From Syntrophaceae bacterium (lineage in GTDB: Bacteria > Desulfobacterota > Syntrophia > Syntrophales > Smithellaceae): a stretch of DNA of 38,756 nucleotides. The position numbers and the translations under genes are program-made. Shown one piece after another: positions 24,872 through 33,203 of the stretch; position 1 is the first letter of the stretch, and each line of letters begins with the position of its first letter. The DNA is taken from contig JAFGKC010000177.1 in NCBI GenBank assembly GCA_016928765.1, positions 1 to 38,756 on the forward strand, read 5' to 3'. The notes below the pieces were generated by a model. The model worked only from the letters and a program-made list of their open reading frames with translations, searched no databases and had not been told where the DNA came from.

Positions 24872-27171
24872 TCAAACAACTCCGCGAATGATCTATACCC
24901 TTTGAAAAGAACCCCTAACCCATTTGAATGATAAAACTCAAAATTATTATAGCGTTTTTTCAGTTCACTCCACAACTGACAAACACCGAAATCATCTTTT
25001 TTTACAAATATATCATGAAAAAGTATTATACCGTTTTTGTTAACCTTTTTGATCCATCTTTCGAAATCATTCTTTACCGCTTCGTAGGTATGGTATCCGT
25101 CTATATGAAGAATGTCGATTGATTCTTCCTTAAAATCGTCTGCGGCCTCGTCAAATGTTTTTCTTAAAAAACTAATGGACAACCCGCCGAAGAATTCATT
25201 TTTAATGTTATTAACACTGTACCAAACGGATTCATCGTATAACCCTGTATGTTTATCTCCTTCCCACGTATCAACGGCAAATAATTGTGTATTGAGAAAG
25301 CCATCCTTAACAGCCTGACAAAAAGAAAAAAATGAATGGCCTCGCTGCGTCCCCAGTTCAACAATTTTGCCCGGCTTTGTATTTCGTACAAGATCGTAAG
25401 TAAAACAATAATGACCCCACCATCCACTATCGAGAAGATTAATGGCATTTTCATATTCAAATCGACGATTAAAATAACACCAATTTCCCGGGGATTTTTT
25501 CTGGCCAAGGATTATCTCTTCAAAATCGAGCTCTTCAATAAAGCCTTCACATAATAAATTGTTGATTTCAGCTTCATCAAGAATAAGTTTTTTATATTCT
25601 TCATCTAATGAGCCTTGTTTGTAACTGGCATACCATTTCTTTATATGGAATCCAGCATCCTTGCCCGCAATTTTATTATTTTCGTAGGCAGCTCCAGACC
25701 TAATTATTTTTTTAATAAAATGCTCCTTGCTACGGACGGGGTAATGAAAAATCATTATGTCATGAGCTTCCCCCTCTTCAACAGAATCATCTTTGTTGGT
25801 AACAGTATGATTCCCCTGCGAAACAAACAGCATTTTATTTTTTGTTTTAAATATAACCTTGGGCGGATATTTAAAATAAAACAAATTTGTCTTTTTTGTT
25901 TCTTCTTGATAATCCTTGGCCACAATAGGGTTTACTATTGCAAATCTTGTATCTTCAGGAAATTTCTCTTCCCCACCTTTATCCTCAAATAGAACATTGA
26001 CAACATCAACAACCAATATATCTTCCGGTCTTTTGGAGATTTCATCTTTGAGATTTCCTGACCGAGGATACCAGAACTCATCGGCATCACAATGGAAAAT
26101 AAAATCAGCGCCATACTGATCGCGTGCTATTCGCGCCATCAGATTATTCCACTGTGCCTGAGTATGATCATGGTTTTTTTCATCGATTAGATGCAGAACA
26201 CCTCTTTCTTCATATTCTTTAAGAATATCCCTTGTTGAGTCAGTTGAGCCGTTATCCGTGGCAATAATAAAGTCAACACCCTTGCTCAAATGAAAATCAA
26301 TATTATAGCGCACGATATCTTCTTCATTGCGAACCAGCAATGTCATGATCAGCTTACTCGGGTTAACAGCCATAACCTCACGGCGGTATTGCCAATATTT
26401 ATATTTATACAATTGTTTTGAATTGGATTGCCATGGCTTTTCCCCTGTAATAAAATGAATAATGTAAGGACTATGAAGGATAGGCAAATAATCTTCTTCG
26501 TACGATAAGCATGCTGCATCTTCAACATTCCAGTTTTGTTGTATATGTTTTATTGATTCCTTAATTTCACTTAAAACTAAGTTGATCACATCCTGATCAG
26601 CATATTTTAATATTTCTTTTTTTTGTTTAATACATTTGAAAAATGATTTTTCCAAACTATCGTCACGTATTTTTTTTAAATTTAATACCATCACGCCAGT
26701 ATTAATGTACAGCATTGCGGTTGTTAGCCCCAGTCTTTTGCTATTCGATTTATACGTACTCGCTTTACATGCTATAATATACGCATTATCAAAAGAAATA
26801 TCCCATAGCTCCTTCAAGTCATGATTCGCAATAATGTCGGCATCAAGATAGATTATTTTATTTACGCTTGGCAGGAGTGATGCAATTCTTAACCTGAAAT
26901 AAGTGTTGATATTGAAATGAGCATCCGGATGAAGAAAACATCCTTCAAAATCTTTCAAAGAAACTTTAACAAAAGTTAATTCAAAAATTTTTATTCTCTT
27001 TAGGTTATCCAACATTATTTTGTTTTTTGGGCTTAATTGATAATATAAAATATAGAAATGAAAAAGACTGTTGCTGTTTAATAAAATTGACGCAATAACA
27101 ACAGCACAATGTTCCGCATAGTTATCGTCAACAGCAAAACAAATGTCGATTTTGGAGAGTTCTTTATTCAT
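24856..27171 (-). CDS. Trifunctional GT8 - GT2-like - class I SAM methyltransferase fusion
   Basis: aa 1-265 are GT8 (FAVDDNYAEH, YLDADIIANHD, YADQDVINL). aa ~270-560 are a GT-A domain (LLVRNEEDIV...IATDNGSTDSTRDIL...HCDADEFW). aa ~575-771 are a methyltransferase (IVELGTQRGHS, AVDTWEGD, ILHIDGYHTYEAV, ILFHDI). Confidence 0.8.
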   Translation of the reverse strand: MNKELSKIDICFAVDDNYAEHCAVVIASILLNSNSLFHFYILYYQLSPKNKIMLDNLKRIKIFELTFVKVSLKDFEGCFLHPDAHFNINTYFRLRIASLLPSVNKIIYLDADIIANHDLKELWDISFDNAYIIACKASTYKSNSKRLGLTTAMLYINTGVMVLNLKKIRDDSLEKSFFKCIKQKKEILKYADQDVINLVLSEIKESIKHIQQNWNVEDAACLSYEEDYLPILHSPYIIHFITGEKPWQSNSKQLYKYKYWQYRREVMAVNPSKLIMTLLVRNEEDIVRYNIDFHLSKGVDFIIATDNGSTDSTRDILKEYEERGVLHLIDEKNHDHTQAQWNNLMARIARDQYGADFIFHCDADEFWYPRSGNLKDEISKRPEDILVVDVVNVLFEDKGGEEKFPEDTRFAIVNPIVAKDYQEETKKTNLFYFKYPPKVIFKTKNKMLFVSQGNHTVTNKDDSVEEGEAHDIMIFHYPVRSKEHFIKKIIRSGAAYENNKIAGKDAGFHIKKWYASYKQGSLDEEYKKLILDEAEINNLLCEGFIEELDFEEIILGQKKSPGNWCYFNRRFEYENAINLLDSGWWGHYCFTYDLVRNTKPGKIVELGTQRGHSFFSFCQAVKDGFLNTQLFAVDTWEGDKHTGLYDESVWYSVNNIKNEFFGGLSISFLRKTFDEAADDFKEESIDILHIDGYHTYEAVKNDFERWIKKVNKNGIILFHDIFVKKDDFGVCQLWSELKKRYNNFEFYHSNGLGVLFKGYRSFAELFDYPSQ

Positions 27172-27232
27172 AGTCGGTTAATTATAAATCTTTTTCTCTA
27201 ATTCCTTAAATCAGGCCAATATCTTTTTATGA

Positions 27233-28192
27233 TCATCTTTCCGGAAGGGTAATCATTTGACCTAATATCAAATCATATTCAGGCGGATTCCACCTGGCCA
27301 TACCAGATTCGGGAGTAAATGTGAGTTCTCCGAATTTCAGAGAGCTGTCATTCAGCAAATAGAAATCAACTCTTACTATTGCGAAATCCCTGCTAAGTAT
27401 TTTTGCTAAATAAATCATTTCATCTAAACTATAGGGTTTGTTTATTGACACGGATTGCGGGCATTTACTGATACTGAATGGTTGTAAATTCCACCTCAAA
27501 TCATAATAATTACGTTTATGATTAGTGTGCCTCTCTCTGTCAACTCCAATATAATACGGAATTCCATTGAAACAGAAAACCTTATAATCATACAAGTCTC
27601 CATCATAATTTTCCAAATACTGTTCGGCAATAATTTTCGGGGGTATATCTTTATAATGAAGCTCCAAGCCATTGACGAACGCAAAATTAGTATTTAGCCA
27701 TCTGTTAAATATTTCTTTTGCTGCCGCCACATCAAATGAATGCTTGTCTTTAACTATTATATTCCAACCGCATCCGTGGTTCGCTTTGAGTACAAACTGT
27801 TCAGGGAATTCATCAAAATCTATATCATCAAATTTATCCCAGGTTCCGAGCAGCGGGATAAGATATTTTTCGCCGATTCGCTCCTTTACCCAGTCCCTAA
27901 CGAGATATTTATCAGCCAACCTTGTTTTTATCGGAGTACTATCATATAATTTCAGCCATTGGATTTTTTCATTAAAGGTCTGTGGGTTCTCAATATCTAG
28001 TGTTTTCCCCGCCCACATTCTATACAAGCTTTTCAATGCGTCGGCATAATTGTCTGGATGCAAGCCTTTATAAAAATTGTAATCAACAACTAATTCTAAT
28101 TCGTTTATTCGTTTTTCCAGAAAACTAATCCTTTCGAATAAACTTCTAAAAAGAGGTATTTTCTTTAAAATACTATAAATTATTCGCTTCAT
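27233..28192 (-). CDS. TupA-like ATP-grasp family protein
   Basis: FNEKIQWLKLYDSTPIKTRLADKYLVRDWVKERIGEKYLIPLLGTW...VLKANHGCGWNII...DYKVFCFNG...RVDFY is characteristic of the ATPgrasp_TupA family found in teichuronopeptide/capsule loci. Confidence 0.75.
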   Translation of the reverse strand: MKRIIYSILKKIPLFRSLFERISFLEKRINELELVVDYNFYKGLHPDNYADALKSLYRMWAGKTLDIENPQTFNEKIQWLKLYDSTPIKTRLADKYLVRDWVKERIGEKYLIPLLGTWDKFDDIDFDEFPEQFVLKANHGCGWNIIVKDKHSFDVAAAKEIFNRWLNTNFAFVNGLELHYKDIPPKIIAEQYLENYDGDLYDYKVFCFNGIPYYIGVDRERHTNHKRNYYDLRWNLQPFSISKCPQSVSINKPYSLDEMIYLAKILSRDFAIVRVDFYLLNDSSLKFGELTFTPESGMARWNPPEYDLILGQMITLPER

Positions 28193-28371
28193 TCTGAGCC
28201 AACTAGTAACAAAACTTCATAAGATTAATTGGGCTTTGAGGCTAAATTATCATCATCAGCATGATTAACCTTCGCTTTAATGAAGATGAACTCCAAAGCA
28301 ATATTTGAAAAAATTTGCGGCTGCAGCGCGGGACATCATAAATAATTTATGACATTGTTTAGTGTACCAAT

Positions 28372-29076
28372 CTAAATGCAGATCAAAGTACCCCGATCTA
28401 AATGAATGGTCCTGTTACATACTTTTGCAACAAGTTCCGGTGAATGCGTTGCAATGACCAGAATGCTTGATTTCTGAACAATCTCATTTAGGCGCTGCTG
28501 CGCTGTCTCTTTAAAGTCAGCGTCACCAACAGTTAACCATTCATCCATCACTAAAATCTCTGGTTGTTGCAATGTGGAAATCGAAAAAGCCAACCTCATC
28601 TGCATACCGGTGGAATAGGTCCGAAGCGGCATACGAATAAACTCTCCGAGGCCGGCAAAATCCACTATATCGCTGATTTTCGAGGACAGCCATCTTCGGT
28701 TGAAACCCAAAAGTGCGCCACGCAGATAAATATTCTCGATCCCCGTCGCTTCGCTGTCCATCCCCAGGCTGATCTCTACAAGACTGGTAACTTTTCCCTT
28801 TACAGCAATCCGCCCACCCGTCGGTTCATAAACTCCGTTAATCACCCGCAGTAACGTGCTTTTACCTGCGCCGTTGGGACCAACAAGGGCAACTCGATCC
28901 CCTTCCTTGACTTCCATGCTGACACCCCTCAGCGCCTGAACCACGACGCTACCCCGTGCGCCTGCATTCATACGTCCGCCAGTAGCGGCCTGCATCAACT
29001 GAATTTTCAGAGAACGCCCCGTCGTGTTGTATATTGGGAAGTCTACACTAACCCTATCCAGAATAATTTTCGCCAT
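28372..29076 (-). CDS. wzt: Polysaccharide ABC exporter ATP-binding protein (Wzt/TagH type), short form
   Basis: Walker A GPNGAGKST, signature YSTGMQMRL and Walker B ILVMDEW. It is 234 aa with no C-terminal carbohydrate-binding extension. Confidence 0.9.
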   Translation of the reverse strand: MAKIILDRVSVDFPIYNTTGRSLKIQLMQAATGGRMNAGARGSVVVQALRGVSMEVKEGDRVALVGPNGAGKSTLLRVINGVYEPTGGRIAVKGKVTSLVEISLGMDSEATGIENIYLRGALLGFNRRWLSSKISDIVDFAGLGEFIRMPLRTYSTGMQMRLAFSISTLQQPEILVMDEWLTVGDADFKETAQQRLNEIVQKSSILVIATHSPELVAKVCNRTIHLDRGTLICI

Positions 29077-29085
29077 TAAAGCTCC

Positions 29086-29907
29086 CTACAGCCAGTAAGC
29101 GATCCGTGAACGAAACCGCCCATAAAATAGAATAGTAAAAATCCACCCTGCCAATGCCAATAAAAAGCTAACCTGCCAGCTCAACAAAGAGGGAAGCCCT
29201 CCGAGCAGCGGCGCGCGGACGATTTCGATTAAATGAAAAAACGGATTGGCATCGAGCAAAAAAATGCTTGCGCGCTTCGGTAACATTTGAGGCATCCAGA
29301 TGATCGGTGTTACATAAAAGAAAACCTGCAGCAAGTTGCCAATAATTTGCGGCACGTCGCGAAAACGGGTGCAAAACACACTCAAAAGCAATGCCATCCA
29401 AGATAAGTTTATCATCAACAACACAAGTCCCAAGATGGATAAAAAAGCCGTTGCCTGTAAGGGTATCCAGAATATCAACAGGACAAGAGGCAAAATGACA
29501 ATGTTGTGCGCAAAAATAATCAGATTGCGCCAGAGTACTCGCAGAATATGAGTAAAGAGAGGCAGAGATATTTGCTTGATCATTGCCTCGGCTGCGGTGA
29601 ATCCCATGCAACCGTCGTTAAGCGATGTGGTGATGAGAGTCCACAAAATCAGCCCACTTGTAAGAAAAGGTAGAAATTCTCTCATCGACGAAGCAAAGAG
29701 AGTGCCAAAAACCAGCCCTAATGCGCCGATCAAAACACCCATACTTATGGTGAGCCAGAAAGGCCCAAGCGATGAACGACGATATCGCTGCCGAATATCC
29801 TGCCAGCCAAGCAACCCGGCTAGTTCATACCCCTTCAAGGCAGCGAAGATATCGCGGCTTCCAGTTTTTAACAATTTATTCATGCGATTCATCATATTTT
29901 TCGCCAA
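29086..29907 (-). CDS. wzm: Polysaccharide ABC exporter permease (Wzm/TagG, ABC-2 type)
   Basis: 273 aa with 6 predicted TM helices and the N-terminal WQDIRQRYRRSSLGPFW motif typical of ABC-2 permeases. It ends 9 nt upstream of wzt. Confidence 0.88.
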   Translation of the reverse strand: MAKNMMNRMNKLLKTGSRDIFAALKGYELAGLLGWQDIRQRYRRSSLGPFWLTISMGVLIGALGLVFGTLFASSMREFLPFLTSGLILWTLITTSLNDGCMGFTAAEAMIKQISLPLFTHILRVLWRNLIIFAHNIVILPLVLLIFWIPLQATAFLSILGLVLLMINLSWMALLLSVFCTRFRDVPQIIGNLLQVFFYVTPIIWMPQMLPKRASIFLLDANPFFHLIEIVRAPLLGGLPSLLSWQVSFLLALAGWIFTILFYGRFRSRIAYWL

Positions 29908-29922
29908 TAATTCAGATGCATA

Positions 29923-30510
29923 TCAATGCGCCACGCCTTCTTTTTTAGCGACTTTGAAAACTGTGCGCCACAGAATTTTTATATCCAGCAAAAAGGATTG
30001 ATTTTGCATATAGTATTCGTCAAGCTCGACTTTTTCCGGGATGGAGATTTCGTCCCGGCCGTTAATCTGCGCCCAACCGGTAATGCCGGGAGTAAGCGTG
30101 TGAATATTTTTCTTGGTTCTGAGCTTAATCAAATCGTCCTGATTATGCAGGGCAGGCCGGGGGCCCACCAGGCTCATATCCCCTTTTAAAATGCTCCAGA
30201 GCTGAGGCAATTCATCAAGGCTGGTAAGACGCAGAAAACTTCCCAGCGGCGTTGCGTAAGCTTCAACATTTTTCATCAAATGCGTGGGTACATCAGGCGC
30301 GCCCAGTCGCATCGTGCGGAATTTCGGCATTTTAAAAGTAACGTTACCTTTGCCAACTCTATCCGACCAGTGAATGGCAGGCCCTCGCGAGGTCGCGCGA
30401 ATGGCCGCGGCAATAATCAGCATAGGCAATGCCGCTACGAACAGCAATATAAGCGCTGTCGTAAAATCAAATACCCGCTTTACCCTTGAACGATTACCGA
30501 AGAAAGCCAT
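29923..30510 (-). CDS. Small monotopic phosphoglycosyltransferase (PglC/WbaP-C-terminal 'bacterial sugar transferase' family)
   Basis: KRVFDFTTALILL..., SRGPAIHWSDRVGKGNVTFKMPKFRTM and DELPQLWSILKGDMSLVGPRP. The ATG at 30510 is preferred. It lies 1 nt after the upstream stop (TAAtATG). Confidence 0.88.
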   Translation of the reverse strand: MAFFGNRSRVKRVFDFTTALILLFVAALPMLIIAAAIRATSRGPAIHWSDRVGKGNVTFKMPKFRTMRLGAPDVPTHLMKNVEAYATPLGSFLRLTSLDELPQLWSILKGDMSLVGPRPALHNQDDLIKLRTKKNIHTLTPGITGWAQINGRDEISIPEKVELDEYYMQNQSFLLDIKILWRTVFKVAKKEGVAH

Positions 30511-30511
30511 A

Positions 30512-31273
30512 TTAAAAAATGCCTCTGATGAGGTACCATATTGTGGCGGCAACTTCTTTTACGGCAAGCTGTGTTTTATAAACGGATCCCGACTGAGGAA
30601 TGTATCTGATTACGTGATTTCCCATTGGCGAAGAATACAAATAATCGGCAGGCAGCGGAAAAACATTGTTGAAGTATTTTTTGAATTCCCTCTCGCTTCT
30701 TCTCATGTGATAAGCGGAAGTGACAAGCCCAATATGAATATCCTTATTGCCAAACATTTTGTTTGCGTTGGCGGCGCTTTGCCAGGTATTTATAGCCTGA
30801 GTTTCGATCTTGATACTTGCTTTTGGCACGCCAAGAGACACAGCCAGATCCGCCATCATTTCCGCCTCCGGCACCTTGCCTAGTCCTTTACCGGAACAAA
30901 CAAAGTATTCAACCGGCTTTTTATGGTAATAATCAACGGCGTATGCCAGGCGGACTGTAGTAAAAAGTGACGGGAAAGTTTTATTGATATAATTTATATC
31001 GTATGATCCGCCGCCCAAGACGACAATTGCATCCATGTCTTTATCAACGGTAACGGATTTATTTATGTAGCCCTTTTCCAAATAATGGCAAAGATAATTG
31101 GCCACGGGAAAAATACTTACCGCGTAAAATAAAACAATTGTTAATAGCAATACGAGCGCGCCGGTTTTATTTTTGCTATTTTTCCAAAAGATAATAAGTG
31201 ACACGATCAGTAAAAGAAAAATAATAAAAACAGGGTCGACAAATGCCTTAATTATACTGTAAAAATCTTCCAT
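30512..31273 (-). CDS. DUF218 (YdcF/ElyC/SanA-like) membrane-anchored protein
   Basis: Two N-terminal TM helices, then AIVVLGGGSY...RLAYAVDYY...VCSGKG...EAEMMADLAVSLGVPKASIKIETQAINTWQSA...IGLVTSAYHMRRS. Confidence 0.8.
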   Translation of the reverse strand: MEDFYSIIKAFVDPVFIIFLLLIVSLIIFWKNSKNKTGALVLLLTIVLFYAVSIFPVANYLCHYLEKGYINKSVTVDKDMDAIVVLGGGSYDINYINKTFPSLFTTVRLAYAVDYYHKKPVEYFVCSGKGLGKVPEAEMMADLAVSLGVPKASIKIETQAINTWQSAANANKMFGNKDIHIGLVTSAYHMRRSEREFKKYFNNVFPLPADYLYSSPMGNHVIRYIPQSGSVYKTQLAVKEVAATIWYLIRGIF

Positions 31274-31419
31274 TAATTTAAATAGTTATCCCTTTTTGGC
31301 TATTTATACAGCTCCGCTTTCTCGATTACATGCACGAAGCGGGTAATCAGCTAACCCCTTAATGTTACTACGAAATATATATTGCATTGTCAATATATAA
31401 CTTGATACTTTTGCCGTTT

Positions 31420-32343
31420 TCATCGTTTATTATTCTTAATATGCCACATGATTAATTGGGCGTAGATAATCAGCTTTCTTCTTATATTTTTGGCAAAGCC
31501 CATCGTACCGATAGCGACCAACGCATTAAGCGTAAAATCTATGATCATACGTAAAAATATTATAACGCGCGCCGCCCGGTAATAATATTGGCTGTGCCAT
31601 TTTTGCAGAAACTGATAGCGTGAACGATAGAACTCAATGCGGGATTTTGCATTGCCGCCTATGCTCTGCCCCTGCAGATGGTAAATAAAAGCATCCGGTA
31701 CATGGTAAATCTTCCATCCTTTGTGCCGCATAGCGTAAGCGAGATCTGTCTCTTCAAAAAAGAAAAAGTAACGTTCATCGAAAAAACCAACTTCATCCAG
31801 CGCCTGTTTGCGAATCAGCATACAGGCGCCGATAGCCGAATCAACTTCAATCGGTTCTTTATGCTCGTAGCGTTTACTCGGATATTTTTTGGGGAAAAGA
31901 TATTCCAAAAGAGATATATTTGTCGCGAGCGTCAGCAGCGTGGGAAATGAGGCAACGGAATTTTGTTTGCTTCCGTCGGCGTTGAGCAACTGCCCGCAGA
32001 CGATCGCCGCGCGTGGTTGAGTCTTAGCGAAAGACCAAAGTTTATTCACCGCGCCCGGTGTCAACACGGCATCAGTATTGATAAGCAGCGCGTATTTGCT
32101 TTTCATTATCGCAAAGGCCTGATTATTGGCCGCGCCGAATCCGCGGTTTTCTTTATTCTTGATTGTTATTACCTGCGGAAAATTTTGGGCAAGCATTTCC
32201 GCCGAGCCGTCGGAAGAGGAGTTATCCACGACGATTACTTCAAAATCACAAAGATTAATTGTGTCATAAACAGAAGCCAGGCATTTTCCCAGCAACTCTT
32301 TTGTATTCCAGTTAACAATGATTACGGAAATGTCCATGTTCAC
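31420..32343 (-). CDS. Glycosyltransferase family 2
   Basis: ISVIIVNWNTKELLGKCLASV...VVDNSSSDGSAEML...LINTDAV. Confidence 0.85.
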   Translation of the reverse strand: MNMDISVIIVNWNTKELLGKCLASVYDTINLCDFEVIVVDNSSSDGSAEMLAQNFPQVITIKNKENRGFGAANNQAFAIMKSKYALLINTDAVLTPGAVNKLWSFAKTQPRAAIVCGQLLNADGSKQNSVASFPTLLTLATNISLLEYLFPKKYPSKRYEHKEPIEVDSAIGACMLIRKQALDEVGFFDERYFFFFEETDLAYAMRHKGWKIYHVPDAFIYHLQGQSIGGNAKSRIEFYRSRYQFLQKWHSQYYYRAARVIIFLRMIIDFTLNALVAIGTMGFAKNIRRKLIIYAQLIMWHIKNNKR

Positions 32344-32368
32344 TATGTTTTACAATGAAATTTTTTTA

Positions 32369-33139
32369 TTATTTACTTTTGTGATTTGACTTACCCAGTT
32401 CGCTGAGCTTCGCGTATTTGAAATATTTGTTTACAGAATCGGTCACTGCTAGCGTTAATCCCTGCTTTCCATCCAGAATACCGCCGCGTAAAAAGTAATC
32501 CTGCACAAATGTAAAAAGCGCACGGAAAAAAGCTTCCTGCGGTGATGAACTCTTGCCCGCTTTAAAAGCTTCATGCGCGCCGAGCGTGGAATATTTATCA
32601 ATTTTTTGTAAAATCTTGCTCAAATCACTTTCCGTGAAATGTTCAACTGGCACATCAAGACTTTCAACCTTTCCGCTGACCTCTACCGCTTCATGCACAG
32701 CGGTTTTTGTCATTTGCCCCGCTCCCTTTTTAAACAAACGCAAAATTCTGTCCGGCCACCATCCGGCGTGTTTTATCCAGCGTCCCTGAAAATAATTTTT
32801 CCGTGGAAAAGTAAATCCCGCCGCGTCAGCATCCGGCGATGTGACAATATTTTTAATTACAGTTGCCGTCTCCGGCGGAATTCTCTCATCGGCATCTAGC
32901 ACCAGAATCCAGGGCTGCGCGCACCTGTCTATGGCCAGCTGTTTCTGGGTGCCGAAACCATGCCAGCCTTCACGGTAAATATCACAGCCGAATTCATTCG
33001 CAATTTCCAATGTCTTATCCGTGCTTCCGGAATCAATAACAACAATCTGCTTGGCAAAAGAAACGCTTTTAAGACAATCTTTGATATTTTGTTCTTCATT
33101 TTTTGTGATGAGGGCTATGGATAAGGGAATTTTTTGCAC
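32369..33139 (-). CDS. Glycosyltransferase family 2 (WaaE/KdtX-like small GT-A)
   Basis: LSIALITKNEEQNIKDCLKSV...VVIDSGSTDKTLEIA...ILVLDADERI. Confidence 0.85.
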   Translation of the reverse strand: MQKIPLSIALITKNEEQNIKDCLKSVSFAKQIVVIDSGSTDKTLEIANEFGCDIYREGWHGFGTQKQLAIDRCAQPWILVLDADERIPPETATVIKNIVTSPDADAAGFTFPRKNYFQGRWIKHAGWWPDRILRLFKKGAGQMTKTAVHEAVEVSGKVESLDVPVEHFTESDLSKILQKIDKYSTLGAHEAFKAGKSSSPQEAFFRALFTFVQDYFLRGGILDGKQGLTLAVTDSVNKYFKYAKLSELGKSNHKSK

Positions 33140-33203
33140 TTAATATTTACCCAAACTATCATTTTTCATCGTATATGATGAGCATCAGTTATTATCAATT
33201 TAC

